Positions 26,450 to 41,300 of a stretch of DNA of 64,000 nt are shown here, one piece after another. This DNA is from Paraspadella gotoi (Eukaryota > Animalia > Chaetognatha): positions 144,019-208,018 of the forward strand of contig CM119263.1 of the NCBI GenBank assembly GCA_051294375.1, given 5' to 3'. The translations under genes and the position numbers were made by a program. Numbering within the stretch: position 1 is the first letter of the stretch; each line of letters starts with the position of its first letter. A model generated the notes under the pieces. That model was given only the letters and a program-made list of their open reading frames with translations, was not told the DNA's origin and did not search any database.

Positions 26450-27289
26450 CTCTCTCAGGGCAAAAAAGGAAGAGTGAGGAAAAGAAATTGAGTTTTCTTT
26501 TCCAAGCTCAGGTGTCTCTTTCGTCGTCGTCTTCGTCGTCGTCGTCGTCTTCGTCGTCGTCGTCGTCGTCGTCGTCGTCCCTCTCATACGCGAAGTCAAA
26601 AGTTTACCTACAAGATATTTTATGTCCGTAAGTTAAAATTAGTTTATATTTAGCTATATTAGTTTATATTTAGCTACATTAGTTTATATTTAGCTACATT
26701 AGTTTCGGTCATCTCTGTCTGAAAATTTTCGTTTTAGATTTTTTTAAATAAAGTTTGCAACGAAATAAAAAACTAAATTAAGTAAAAAATATTACAAATT
26801 TCTAAAACAAATATAATAAATTAACAAAGTAGATAAAAGAAAAAAGGAACGAAAAGAATGAAAATCGCGAAAAAAAGTAAATTAAAACAACTTTTGTTGT
26901 GACATTCTCCCAGTCGCGACTCTCACCTTTGCATAATTCATTCCTTGAAATCTCAGGAGTATTTTTAACATTTAAATTATTCTTAAGGTGAAAGGTAAGA
27001 TGAATGAATATTTAAGGTCAATGAATTCATTACGCAGACTTAATTCATTTGTTTTCGCTTTTGTAGTAAACGTCCCGGTAGAATTTTCTTTCTCCCATTC
27101 GTTTTTTTATTTATTTTTTTTTCTTAAATTTTCGATCAATAATTAAACAGGGGGAAAAATATGTTTTTGCAGATTAGGCTTTTAACATTTTAATTTCTAA
27201 TGACAATACCTCTCCTAAAATACCTATCTAAATGTACAAACGAGAAAATCATTAGAATATTCCATTACTAATTTACAGAACGCTTGTTC

Positions 27290-27435
27290 CAGAGGTTAGC
27301 GCCAACGCTGAATCCTCTATCACAAATTATGCTCCCGATTTTCCCACATTTGGGGTCAGCCCAACCGAAGTGCAATGGAAGGGCCTCGCCCTGGGGGAAC
27401 CTCCTTGCTGATCACTTGGGTATCCCCTGAGCCAG
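27290..27435 (-). pseudogene. U1: U1 snRNA copy lacking the 5' ATACTTAC arm and with an internal deletion
   Basis: Minus strand reads CTGGCTCAGGGGATACC..GATCAGCAAGG..CCCAGGGCGAGGC..CCATTGCACTTCGG (U1A loop)..CTGACCCC/AAATGTGGGAAA..CATAATTTGTG (Sm site), then stem-loop IV. Confidence 0.88.
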
Positions 27436-28731
27436 CTATTCTTTTTTATTTTAATACTACTAATAATAATAGTAATTTTAATAGTACTTTAAACAAATTA
27501 ATTTAAATGCACTCAATAATTCCCTTTTCAAAACGTGTGGAATCCAGAGACGAAAAAGAAAAGAAAAACTAGAACGAACTTTTTTGAAACAAAAAAAAAT
27601 CAGACGATGGGGAGAAAAAAAATTGATATCTGAATTTTAAATGAATCTCGTCTCGTGAGGATTAAAGAAAAAAAGACATGAAGAAAAAAAATGAGGGAAC
27701 TTTTGGATGGTGAGACTTAAGTCTTCCGGCCAAAGAGAAGATTGTGAAAAAAGTGAAGTGAGAGAAGATGGAGAATGTGAACGGGTTTATCGTGTTAAGT
27801 GTGGGCTTTGTAGTGTGGAGAGAATCTGAGTGGAGTGCAATGAAGTTTGAAGTATGGCAACGCTGTGGAAAGATATGATTGACAGAAAACGGCGACTGTC
27901 CAATGGACAGTGTCCATTATGCATCACACCCGTTATCATTCATCCGATTTCACAATGGCGCGACAATTTGGTCAAAAGATATAAAAGGAAAAGAGACAAG
28001 AAAAAAAAATTGAAAAGAAATGACAGAGAGAAAGGAAAAGTTTCAGTTGGTAAAAGAACCTCAAACTGTTAAAATGGATTACAGGCGGAAAATTAAAAGT
28101 AAATGTTTTTTATTTGTAGTTTTTAAATAAGTATAGTTCATAAACATCCCACCTGCCACCACCCTTATTTATTAGACGAAGTATTTTAATAAATTCTTTA
28201 TTTTTCTTAATGACGATAACAAAATAAGAAAGAAAAAAAAGAAAAAAGAAAAAAAAAGAAAAAAAGGAAACAAAAAAGAAAAGAAAGAAAAAAGGAAAGG
28301 AAAAGAAAGAAAAAAGGAAAGAAGAGGCTACACTCCTGTTTGACCTTTTTATACTTTGACAAAGTTCCTTCCACTAAATCCCGGGGATAAAATGCTCTTC
28401 GCCAGAAATGGCGACTTGGAAGGACAAGGGATTTGGATGAGGGTAAGGTGAGGTAAGTGAGGGAGAGGGCGGGGGGGGATTCTGTTATCGAGTCTAAATT
28501 TGGGGTGGAAGATTTTAATGGGGTGGTTGATTTTTAGGTGGAGGATTTATGGGAAGGTCGAGTGGAGATTTATGGAAGATTTATATATAGAAGATTTGCC
28601 AGAGGAAAAAGTAATCAGTCCTTTTTACATATTTTAATGTGCATGAATTGTTTGTGTTTATATTTTAATCTTTTCTTTATTTAATTTATTTCTTTTCTTA
28701 ATATTTTTTACATCTTTTTTTATTTCTCTTT

Positions 28732-28819
<88 letters not shown>

Positions 28820-29942
28820 TTAAGGTAAGTGTCACGTGTTTGTTTGACCTCGCTCAACATCAGTCGACCTCACCAAGTTATCATCTTCCTTCTTCCATTT
28901 GCATCTCAATCCTAAAACATCTTCTCTTTTTATTTCTTTTTTTTAATCTTGTGCTTTTATTGCTTTATTGCTTTATATTCTTTTCTGTTTAGTTAGTTAG
29001 TTAAAGACAAATATAAATTTATTGACTGAAAAAATTACCATATTGAACCTGAATGATTTGGTATTTTAATCATTTTGTATTATCTTCTGGGAATGTAATT
29101 TTATTGAAGGTAAGCCTATCGTGTGTGTCTCTCTCTCTCTCTCCATTCAGAATCTCTCTCCTCGCTCCATCTCTCTTTCGTCTCTCTCCTCCATTCATCT
29201 CTCTCATCTCTCTCCCCCTCTCTCTCTCTCTCTCACGCCTGAACTTAACAGGCGCTTATAAATCGTGTTTTAAACATTGAGTCTTAGACTAAACTCAAAC
29301 TTAATTTTAAGAACTTGTAATGTTTTTTTCTTTTTGTCCTTTTTAAGATTTTTCAGTATGATAAATGACCTTTTGTTTTTTTTTGTTTTCGTCTTCATTT
29401 TGAGACGCGTAGCGTTGAGCAGCGGAAAATAGAAGCGACAAGAGAACATCGATAATTTCTTTCACAACTTCTTTGGTCACACATTAGTCGCCCAACAATT
29501 TTATATAGGTTTTTAGGCATATATCTAATAAATTCAATAAGTATTTAATAACACGAATCTCGAAACATTTAGTTGATTGAAAATCACTAGAGTTTAGTTT
29601 TTTTAATACTAAAAATCGTAAATTAAAAAGTCTGTTACGAATCAGTAAAAAATTCCCCCAAAAAAATAAACAGAAGATCGAACTCAGTTTGAAAAAGTTT
29701 AACTTTATGGTTACAAATGCAATATACAATATAAAATATACAATATACATTGTTTTGAACTCGGAACTAACTCTATCAAAAAGTAACTTGTTAGTCACCG
29801 CTGTAGAAAGAATAAAGTTAAAATAACTCCAACCCTGAGACATTGGATTGCACGAGAAAAAAAGATTAGAAAAAAATATTTGAACACATACTTATTATAA
29901 AAGGTGTTACTACAGAACCGACCGCCACGACCCCTAACGGCG

Positions 29943-30449
29943 TTAAAAGAGGAACTGGCGCTCCTTTTGCGGCTCGTAGAGGAGACCGGCGATAGAAGCG
30001 CCTACAAAGCAGGTGACGTTGCCGGCGATGATGGCGCGAAGGACGCAGCTCGTGATGGCGCGTTTTTTTGGAGGACAGATGGCGCCAAGGCACCCGATGA
30101 CAGAACCTGGGGAGAAAAAAGTGAAAAATGACAACGAAATTAATATTTAAAAAAAAAAATAAATATCTTTGAACAATTGAGTCATTGTGTAGAATTCAAT
30201 TCTGAATTGGGGAATAACTGAATATAAAGAAATATTAACATTCTATGAGTTCAATCTAATTAATTTTAATTAATTGTATTAATAAACAATACGCTCGTCA
30301 CCTATTGACGACAAGTTGGCGAATCCGCAAAGAGCGAAAGTCGCCAGTTGTTCCGAGCGAGTAGAGATAAAATCTCCGGAGAGAGAGACGTTGAAGGGCG
30401 TCAGGGTCACGTTTTTGCCTGTCTCCATCCCTGAGAGCGAGAGAGAGAG

Positions 30450-30544
<95 letters not shown>

Positions 30545-32001
30545 TCATATACGCCGAAGGATGGTGAACAACAAAGTTTTTTTCAACTTTTTAGTCGGAT
30601 CTGCTTATCACAGCAGCCGACTCTATAACTCACTTTTTATAACTCACTTTTACGGCCGTCGGTCCGGCCCCTCACATATTGTCGGGGCCACACCACTTAT
30701 ACTCATGTCAGACACATCGAAATTATGATAAAATAAATGCAAGAAAAAAAATGATGGTCCGTCCGTCGTCGTCATTCGTCACGATCCGTCTCCGTCTCGT
30801 TACCGTTCCCGTCCGTGCGTCCGCCTTTAGGCTCCGTCCAGTCCGTTGCCGTTCCGCTCCTCCGTCCGGTGCGGCGCTCCGTTCGCGGGTCGCGCCGTCC
30901 CACCTTAGCCGCAAATAAGGGAACGCACATTACTCGCTGTTAGATTGGCATGGGATTTCAAAGATTGAAATTTTGTTGTGTGGGATAAGGTAAGTGTGGT
31001 GATTGAGCTGGAATATTAATCGTTCCGATGGGAAAATCGTACCGAGTGGAGAATTACGTTGTAAATTGGAAATAAAAACAACAAAGAAGAAATATATTCA
31101 GACTATTGGAACACCCAATTTCTGCATTGAGTGGACTGGGCTGATTGACTGCTGGAATTTTGTGATGTGGGGATAGGAAAGTGTGTGATTGAGTACAGGA
31201 ATATCAAGTTTCGATGGAATAGTTTGAGTGGAAAATGAGTTTAAATGGAAAACAAAAAAACCTGTTTTACTAAATTGATTATGCTTCTATCTTTTTCCTT
31301 TTATATTAAATGTATCTGCAGGATGTATTAATAAATCAAATAATTAATCAGTTAATTAATTAATTAGTAAAATAAATTAATCATATATTAATTAATTAGT
31401 CAATCAATCCGTCCATCCGTCCATCTTAGCAAAAAGCGATCCATATAACTGCGTGATGGCTGGTTGTGGATTGGAATTAATTTTGTGTGTGGGTAGGAAG
31501 TTATGTGATGATAAAGCTGGAATCTAAAAAATTTCGGATGGAGGAACTCGTGTGTGAGTGGAAATTATGTTATAAATGGAAAAAAACATAAGTCGAATTG
31601 TAGTCTAAAATCTTTTTACTTATTGTAACCAATAATAGCTCCAATTAATCATAATTGGATGGATAGATTGGAGTTGAAAGTTGTTGTGTGTGGGTAGGGA
31701 AAAATAAGCGTTATGACGAAGCTTGATATAAAGTTTCCAGTGGGAAACGCTACCAGTGGAAAGTGAGTGTTAAATGAAAAGAAGTATGGAGTCACATTTT
31801 ACTTGAATCTTTTTATTTATTTATTACCCAATGATTAGTGAGATGAAATTTTGTGAGCCGGTAGGAAAGTGAGTAGAAGAAGCTAGATATAAAGTATTTG
31901 ACGGAATGCAGTAGTTGAAAAAATTATGAAGTTGAAAAAATGATGCGAAGTTAAAAAAAAATCTTAAAAGCATAAGGATCGTTGCGCTATTGCATAAAAA
32001 G

Positions 32002-32035
<34 letters not shown>

Positions 32036-32553
32036 GAGAGAGAGGATGAAGAGGAGAGAAGGAGAGAGAGAGATGGAGAGAGAGAGAAGGAGAGGAGAGA
32101 AAGCGGAGATAGAAAGAAAAAGATGGATGGTGAGAGAAGAGAGAGCTCAAGATCGGAGCCAGGAGCCCACTATCATAGAAAATAAAAAATAACCGGTGAG
32201 CATTAGAATAGTAACGGAATCGAAGTTTCATGGGACGATAGTGTGAACGAATTGTTGATGTACTAGTAATTGATTGAGGTATACTAATGATTGATGTAAT
32301 GATAATTGTTTATTGATGTAATAGGAATTGATTATTGATTCGATGATGACATCAATTATTGATGCTGATGAAGTAGTCACTGCTGGCTGTGATGAATAGT
32401 CATTCAGTGAATGCGATGATTGTCATTCTTGATGCGATGTTGTCATTCATTGATGCGATGATAGTCAATAAAACAAACAAATGCGTGTATGAGTGAGAAG
32501 AGAGAGAGAGGAGAGAGAGAGAGAGAAAGGAGAGAGAGAGAAGAGAAGAGAGA

Positions 32554-32605
<52 letters not shown>

Positions 32606-33065
32606 AAGAAAGAGATAAATCCACGAAAATCTCGGATGAAAATATGGGATTTTGTATTGAAAAAAAGCGCGGAATAAATGGCAATAATAAAAAGTTTTTA
32701 GAAGGAAAAAAATAATCAGAATTTTTCAAAAAAACAAACGATCACGCAAAAGATCGGACAGATAGGGACAGACACACACAGAGAGACAGAGAGACAGAGA
32801 AGAGAGAGAGGAAAAAGAGAGAGAGAGAGAGAGAGACAGCCGCTGCAGAGAAAGAGAAAGAGCGATATATAATAATTAAAGAGAGAGAGAGAGAGAGAAG
32901 CCTCTACAGCCCCTTTACTCGTTAAGAGATCAGCAGTAACTTATGGCGCCGCACGTAGCGTGAGCTATTCTCTACCCAAAGGACCCGGGTTCGCGCTCGT
33001 GTGCGCGGCATCGTTTTTTACATTAGTGACCCACATTATATCTAAAAATTTTTTGTAAAAAAAAA

Positions 33066-33110
<45 letters not shown>

Positions 33111-35725
33111 ACTGGACAGACGCTGCAGAGCCGGAACTCGTTTTTAGAAGAAGCAGTGACGGAGAAAAAGAGAGAGAGGAGAGAGCGACATATAATTAAA
33201 AACGTTTTTGTTTGTAAATAAAACATAAACAATACCAATATTGATATGAAACATGATGTTTAAGATCTTGATGATTAGAGACCAATATATGAAATTCAAC
33301 TCCCTATGATATCACACTACTTCAGCCAGAGCCATGATGCAAAAAAGCAGGAGACCGAAAGGCTAAACCGAAAAAAAATCTAGACAGGACGGGCTTTGCC
33401 CGCCTGGCTCGATAATAGAGGATATTTGTTTGTTTGTATAAAATGTAAACAAAACATTTAATAACTGTCCTGACTCAATTTAAGGACATCGATGATGACA
33501 AGCTGAATATAAATTATATTAATACTATTATTAATTAATTATCTATTATTAATTAATTAATCTATATTAATTATTAATTATTAAATCTATTAATTAATTA
33601 ATTATCGTAGGCAGATCCGACATTGTTATCGGTCAAACTTGTTTTTACTATTTTCTCTTTTAATTCAGTGCGCTTTGTTTAAATGTCTGTTTTACTTTTT
33701 GACATTGTATTTTACATCCGTAGATGTCTTTTATTCTTATCTTTGATTTTTTCCTCCTATTTCGATTTATAATAAGTTAATTAAATCATTCGATATCAAC
33801 CTACGTATGAACCAAAAAATGACACCATTTCAAAAAGGTACAACTCCATCCATCCATATCTTCAACAGCAACAGCAAAATCAACAGTAAGACCAGAATCG
33901 ACAGCAACCTATTCTTTTGACTTCCGCCAGCGTCCAGTTGGTGGATGTCAAGTTGAAATCGTCAATGATCATCTCGTTGTATTTTCTTCTTTTGATCATA
34001 TTTCCCAGTTCATTGAAAGCAACGAACTCGTTGATCATGGTCTTCAGTCCAATCAGCTTGGCGATCTGACGGGAGGACAAAAATGTCACGTTACATTGTT
34101 ACATTACTAACTATACTTTGGGGCAATACAATGCATTGTGAAATAGTATGCGCTTAGGAGCGGAATGGAATAGTCAATGTGTAAACAATATTTTAAAATG
34201 CGAAATATATCGACGTTTTTAAAAAAAAATTAATCACTGTGTACGACTTAAAGCTGCCTGTCCATTAAGGCGTAATAAAATTTCTAAATTTAACTTTAAA
34301 TTAAAATTCTAAAAGTGAGGAACGAACGACATTATATTAATGAACATTTATGTAATAAAAAATTTATAATAAATTTTACAATTTACGCAGTATGCCATAT
34401 TTATACTAGTACTAAACCAATAAATGTTAAAATTTCAAAACAGTTTTTTCTGAGATTTTTTTGCAGATTTGGATTCGTCATAAAAAGTTGTTAAAAAGAA
34501 ATATAACTCTTTTTGAAAAATTCCTTCATTAAGTGGGTCAAAAATTAGAAAAAAGCTATATTTTAAGCTGAAAATTAATTTTTTATATATTAAATATAGT
34601 TTTTTTAATTTTTAACCCACTTAATGAAAGAATTTTTAAAAATGATTTATAATTTTTTTTATCAACTTTTGACGAGGAATTCAAATCTGCAATCAAAATT
34701 AAGAAAAGCTTATTTTAAAATTTTTTGATTTTATAAGGATAGTACTATATATAAATATAGCCTACTGCGAAAATTAAAAAACATAAAATTAATTTTTTTT
34801 ACAAATTAATGTTCACTGATGGTATGTTGTTCATAATTGACTTTTAGAATTTTGTATGTAACTTTCACTACGCCTTACTGTCCATTGGTATTGTTTAATG
34901 TTTATCCTCTGCCTCGTCTCATTCACTTCGTCCAAACCGTGCGTCCCGGGTTCAATCCTAGGTCTTCCGGTAGTGACAAAAATATGCAAATGACAGGAAG
35001 CCCGGGTTTCACACGATATCATATATTATATATTTTAGCTGAACTAAAATATTTGAAAAGGATGTGTATTCGTAACGCAGAGCAGGGACAAAGCAATGGT
35101 GTTCGGTGAGGCTTTAATTAGGTCGCCTTATGACATAAGACATAAGACATAAGACATAAGACGCCTTATGACATAAAAATAAAAGCAACGCATCACTAGG
35201 ATAGTGGATAGTGGACACATCTGGAGGAAAAGATGGAAGAATTTCGTTCTAAGAAATGGAGAGATGCACATAATAATCGATCGAGAAACCGAACTAGCTT
35301 AGGCTTTTGAGGTTTTAAAGTGATATGGGTATTTACCAAAAAAGTTTTCGTAAAAAAAACTTTTCCCGTTTTAAATATCCTAATTTTTCTCTAATTAAAA
35401 GCATCGAAAAAAAACAAAAAAAAAAAAACCGAATGGTCTCCAAAAAACCGACAAAATCGGTTTTTCCTGTTAACCTCAATGAAGATTGACTCGTTTTTAA
35501 GTGTTTATCCAAATCGTCTCAACAAAAACGTCTAACATCTCTCTCTCTCTCATCTCTCTCTCTCATCTCTCTCTCTTCTCTCTCTCTCCTCTCTCTCTCA
35601 CTGCGTGACGGAACGTGAGAACCTCCGGGTTCGAAGCGGGTGGCGGAACTCGATCCGCCTCAGCGCTGAGTCTCGGGAGACTGCGGCGCCGCGGGGCCGG
35701 AGAGAAGAGAGAGAGAGAGAGAAGA

Positions 35726-35776
<51 letters not shown>

Positions 35777-36466
35777 GGATTTTGAAGAGGGACTTTTCGG
35801 CACAATTAAGATCGATTAAAAACCGATCGAAACTTTTCAAAAAGATAAAAATGTGTCCAAAGGTAGAAAAGTCGACATGTGAGAGCGATTTAGAGCGATT
35901 GTGTGCGATTGAGAGCCATTGAGAGCGATTAGTTTAATCGATGAACGAGTGACCTACTAATACTAATACTAATAGACCTGTTAATAGAAGTCCGAACTTT
36001 TTGAATGTGTCATTTACAGACCTGTCTTGAATCCGCCCATTCGACACCCATGATCAAAGAGAGAGGGATGAACACGTAGGAAAGGACATAGGCCATACTG
36101 AGTCCTGGTAAGTTCACCTAAAAGCCAAAGTGGACAATCTCCAGAATTTAGGTTAAAAAATGGGGAAAAAATTAAATTAGATTAATTTATTATTAAATTA
36201 TTATTATTAAATTATTAAATTAAATTATTTAGAAAAGTCTATCGGTAGTCTTTTAAAATTGAATTGACTTCTAACTCATGTTATCATTATAATAAGTCTT
36301 TATTTACACACATAAACCACACATAAATTTATACCCAAAACAATTTTTATTAGAAAATTTTGTGGTCCGCTTCATTGTGTTCCAAATCAATGAGAATAAG
36401 AGTTTATATTTTTGCGTAATTTGTGTCTTTGTCATCTTTTTCATCGTCACCCTCGTCTTCCTCTTT

Positions 36467-36543
<77 letters not shown>

Positions 36544-37835
36544 CTGACCATCTCCCCGAAGAACTCCAACACTTTGTCGATGAAGGCGATCATGGAGATG
36601 AATACGAGGAGATTCCCGGCGACGTTGAGAGCGAGAGAGATGGCGTCAGAGGCGCCGGCGGAGATCGCTTCCAACTGAGTAGGGGTGGATTTGGGATTTG
36701 AGATTTGGAATTTGAGATTTGAGATTTGAGATCTGGGATTTGAGATTTGAGATTTAAGATTTTAGGTTTGAAATTTGAGATTTGAGATTTAAGATTTAAG
36801 ATTTAAGATTTAAGATTTAAGATTTGAGATTTGAGATTTGGAATTTGAGATTTGAGGTCTGGGATTTGAGATTTGAGATATGAGAATTGGGATTTGGGAC
36901 TTGAGATTTGAGATTTGAGTTTAGGGATTTAGATTCGTCTGATTGAACTGTGGGCGTGTTGAGTGAGGAAACATCCTTTTGACTTGGGTAGCTTTTTTAA
37001 ATAGAATTAACATATAATTAACTAATAATAACTAATAACGCCGTTTTTTGGTATCAAATTTACGTTATCGACTCACCATGTTCTTGTAGGGACTCTCACT
37101 GTCCATCACATCCAAGTCAGTGAAGGCAGTTTTGGTTCTTTTCGTTTCGGGATAAAACAATTTCGCCATCGCGAGAGAACCTCAGTGAAATAATCAACCA
37201 GCGAGGGTGAATATTAAGTTAGTTTAACGTTTACATAGATTTATCTTGTCTAATTTTTTTCATCAATACTTTTTGTGTTGTTTTAAAAAACAATACTTAA
37301 TTGCAAAATAACCAGTGTAACACAAAATGGCCGAACAATAATCATATATTTTTAAGAGTCACTTTTTTGTCATTAACATCAACATATATTTGTTATTGTT
37401 TTCGTCCTAAAAATAACAAAAGTTCAAACGACATAATTAAACATTTTTGTCACAATTGAAAAGAAAAATGCTAGGAATCTCAAAAAGACTGAAAAAATGT
37501 TATGCTTCGTCATTTTATATTTAATATTTTTAGCGGACTTTTTTCAACTTTTGTCTGTCAAAAACATTTTGAAACGAAAAAGACAAAAGACAAGACGTAA
37601 TTAGAAACAATCTATGTCAGAAGACTGAAGACAGAAGACAGAAAACAAAGGTTCCTAATTAGAGCCAATCTTTGTCAGAATTCAGAAGTTTGATTTTTGA
37701 ATCTCCATCAAAATTTCCTAAAAATAATCTATATTCTCGTAAAATAATATTTTAATATTTTTTAAAAGCGTAATTTATGTCGTAATGAGGCTAGCACGAC
37801 AGAGAAGAGAGAGAGAGAGAGAGAAGAAAGAGAGA

Positions 37836-37872
<37 letters not shown>

Positions 37873-38256
37873 GAGAGAGAAGAGAGATGACGAGAGAAGA
37901 GAGAGAGAGAGAGAGAGACCTGGAGCGGCCATGCAAGAGGCCGTGATGAGGTCAGCAGCGTTTGCCCCGAAACTGATGTAGGCGCCAAAGACTGTTCCGG
38001 CGACAGTAGCGAATCCTGAGGTCATGATCGAGTGGAGCTCGGAACGCGTCATGTTTACTGGAGCAGAGGGAGTTTAGGGAATGAGTTTGGGGGAACGGAA
38101 GATGGAGCGGCGTGACAAAATGAGTCGAACTAAACTATCGGGTTCATTGTGAGCAGTGAAATTCACAGTTTGGGTTGAATTGCCTAATCCGGTTTCCTTT
38201 TCTTCTTTCTTTCTTTCCTTTTTTATTTATTTTTTCTTTCTTTCTTTCTTTTTTCT

Positions 38257-38304
<48 letters not shown>

Positions 38305-41300
38305 TATTAGTTAATTAGATCAGTTTATTAAGTATCTTCTGTTATCAAAGGCAAAAAGCTTTTATAAATGTTGCCCCAGCAAATCATTCCTATCAATGAA
38401 GACACCAAACGATGGACAATCAACCAAAACACTATCTGGATGATCCTCACCCAAAAAAGGTTTGACGATCAACGGAGCCTCGACTTGACCGATGAAGATG
38501 TTTGCCGCCGCAACCATCGATTCCCCTGCGGTCGTTCCAACCACTTTGCCCATAATCCATCCTGAGACAAGCTTCGTTCGTTAAAAGAGTTTTTAAAACC
38601 AATCAATTCGCTTAGACGCTTACCAATCTTTTTTATGATGTATAACATCAGTCCCAAGTGATACAGCAAAGCGACGAAGGCGCTGAAGTAAAGGATGATG
38701 GACATCACCTGAATGAGAAAAGGACCAATTGAGTATTAAACTAATAAAAAATTGATTAACTAAAAATGTTCTTTCGTCATGCTTACAATCATTCAAACCT
38801 TTGATATTCAGCGGCATTAAACTATTAAACTATGCCAATTGCAAGTCACTATTTTAACATATTGCTGTCACCAAGGATGGACTCCAAGGCCAAGGTCAAG
38901 GCCAATACCAAGACCAAGGCTAAGGCCAGGAACAAGGCCAAGGCAAAGGCCAAGCTCAAGGCCAAGGACACATACTTTAAAAGCGAAGAAATGATCTTTG
39001 AAATTTTCTCCGTAGACGAACTTAGCTCCTTCTTCAACGTAATCGAGAAAGATGCTGGTTTGATTCCCTGATTATTAAAGTTAATTATATTTAAAATTAA
39101 AATTAGAAAATTAGTTAATATGACGATCGATTTAGATTACGGACCGATCGTTTCGAAGACGTAGAAGCCCACGGTCGTTCGCATGACGAAGACGCCCATG
39201 AAAAATTGCATGAAGAAACCGACGAATACTGTGTCCCATCTGAAATGAGATGAATGAGACGATGACTATGTGAAACACATTTTAAAGTCAGACTCAAACC
39301 AATAATCAATACAAAAAGACAAATAACAAACAGGTCTATAGAATTTATTTTCTCCATAATTCTCGTTTTAAACTTCATTTGCTTATTTAAAAAAATAATC
39401 TTTTGTCATGAAGAGACAGTGATAATTGTTATGTGTTAATGACAGGAACCGTTCCTATAAGCAGTCTCCTGAGCTTCGGATCAGGCTGTAACACCGTGTT
39501 ACAGGCGGGTTAAGCGCCCCGTCCCTCTTAACTGCCAGGCGACCACCGGGCTAGAACCCCGGACCTTTGGGTTGTGAGGCGAATGACTTGCCTCCGCAAC
39601 CAATGGCCGCTGATGAACGGTTGCGTGGATTTTAGTTCACCTAGTCATGTATTTGCTGGTGACAAATTCACTCCTTTACATATGTGCTCAATTATAAAAA
39701 AATTACGCGACTATCCAAGTATGAAGCAGGGATAAAACGCACATCGCGGAAGCTCACCATTGTGCTAATCGTTACCCAAAAGTGGCGACCGACCGACGAG
39801 CGCAATTAAACAAATCGATGCTCTTTTGTTCTCTCTCGCCTTATATTGGCCGGATGCTTCGAGAAGAAGAAGAGTAGAAGATGAAGGCGAGGATTCCGCC
39901 GCCAGATTTGAGGTTGTCGTTGTTGTTCTGAATCTTGAAGACGCCAAAGAGAAGAATTAATATGAAGAGGAAGAGGAAGAAGAGAAGCGCGATGCGGATT
40001 CGCCATTTCAGTTCTGCCAATTGGGAATGAAAGGTAAGTTTAGCTAAGTTAATATCAAAGAGAAAAGCTCGCAAGATCAATATGATTACATTACGTATAT
40101 CCTTATTTTATACATATGTATCTTATAGTTTTCAAAGGATTTAGGCTTTGCTACTGCGTCGCTGATTATGAATTTAGTTAATAAGGCGTAGTAAAATTTC
40201 TAAATTTAACTTTAATTAAAATTCTAAAGTGAGGAACGAAAAACATTATACTAATGAACATTTATGTAATAAAAAAATTATAATAAATTTTACAATTTAC
40301 GCAGTAGGCCATATTTATACTAGTACTAAACCAATAAATGTAAAATTTCAAAAACAGTTTTTCTAAGTTTTTTTTGCAGATTTGGATTTGTCATAAAAAA
40401 GTTGATAAAAAGAAATATAACTCTTTTTGAAAAATTCCTTCATTAAGTGGTCAAAAATGAGAAAAAGCTATATTTTAAGCTGAAAATTAACTTTTTATAT
40501 ATTAAATATAGTTTTTTAATTTTTAACCTACTTAATGAACGAATTTTTAAAAATGATTTATATTTTCTTTTAACAACTTTTGATGAAGAATTCAAATCTG
40601 CAATCAAAATTAAGAAAAGTTATTTTAAAATTTTTCGATTTTATAAGGATAGTACTATATATAAATATAGTCACTGCAAAAATTAAAAAACATAAAATTA
40701 ATTTTTTTTACAAATTAATGTTCACTGATGGTATGTTGTTCATAATTGACTTTTAGAATTTTTCGTATGTAACTTTCACTACGCCTTATTAGTTAAGTAA
40801 TTTTGATTGAAATGAGTTGTATTACATCATCAGTGTGAAAATTGACGTTTACGACTAAAATGAAATGGTCCGACCCATGTTAATGTAATAAAGCAATAAA
40901 GCAATAGTCACAAATTATTGAACATAAACGTTCTGCGAGATGAAAAAAAAAATATTGTTTCAAAATGAAAGAAAGGTAATATCANNNNNNNNNNAAGAAA
41001 GGTAATATTAAAGTACTAAACATGTATGTGCCTGCGAATTTTGATATTTATGTATGGAATAAATTTTTGATAATTAATAATTATGATAATTATGATAATA
41101 AAAGAAACAATTTAATTAGTAAAAAAGAAAGATTGGAATGAAAAAAAGAAAAAAAACAGGAGGAGAAGAGAAGAAATATAAAGAGAGATAGAGAGTGAGA
41201 GGTTGACTTAGATGAGAAGAAATATAAAAAGAAAGAGATAGAGTGAGAGGTTGATTCAGAAGAGAAGAAATATAAAGAGAAAGAGAGAGATTGAGAGGAT

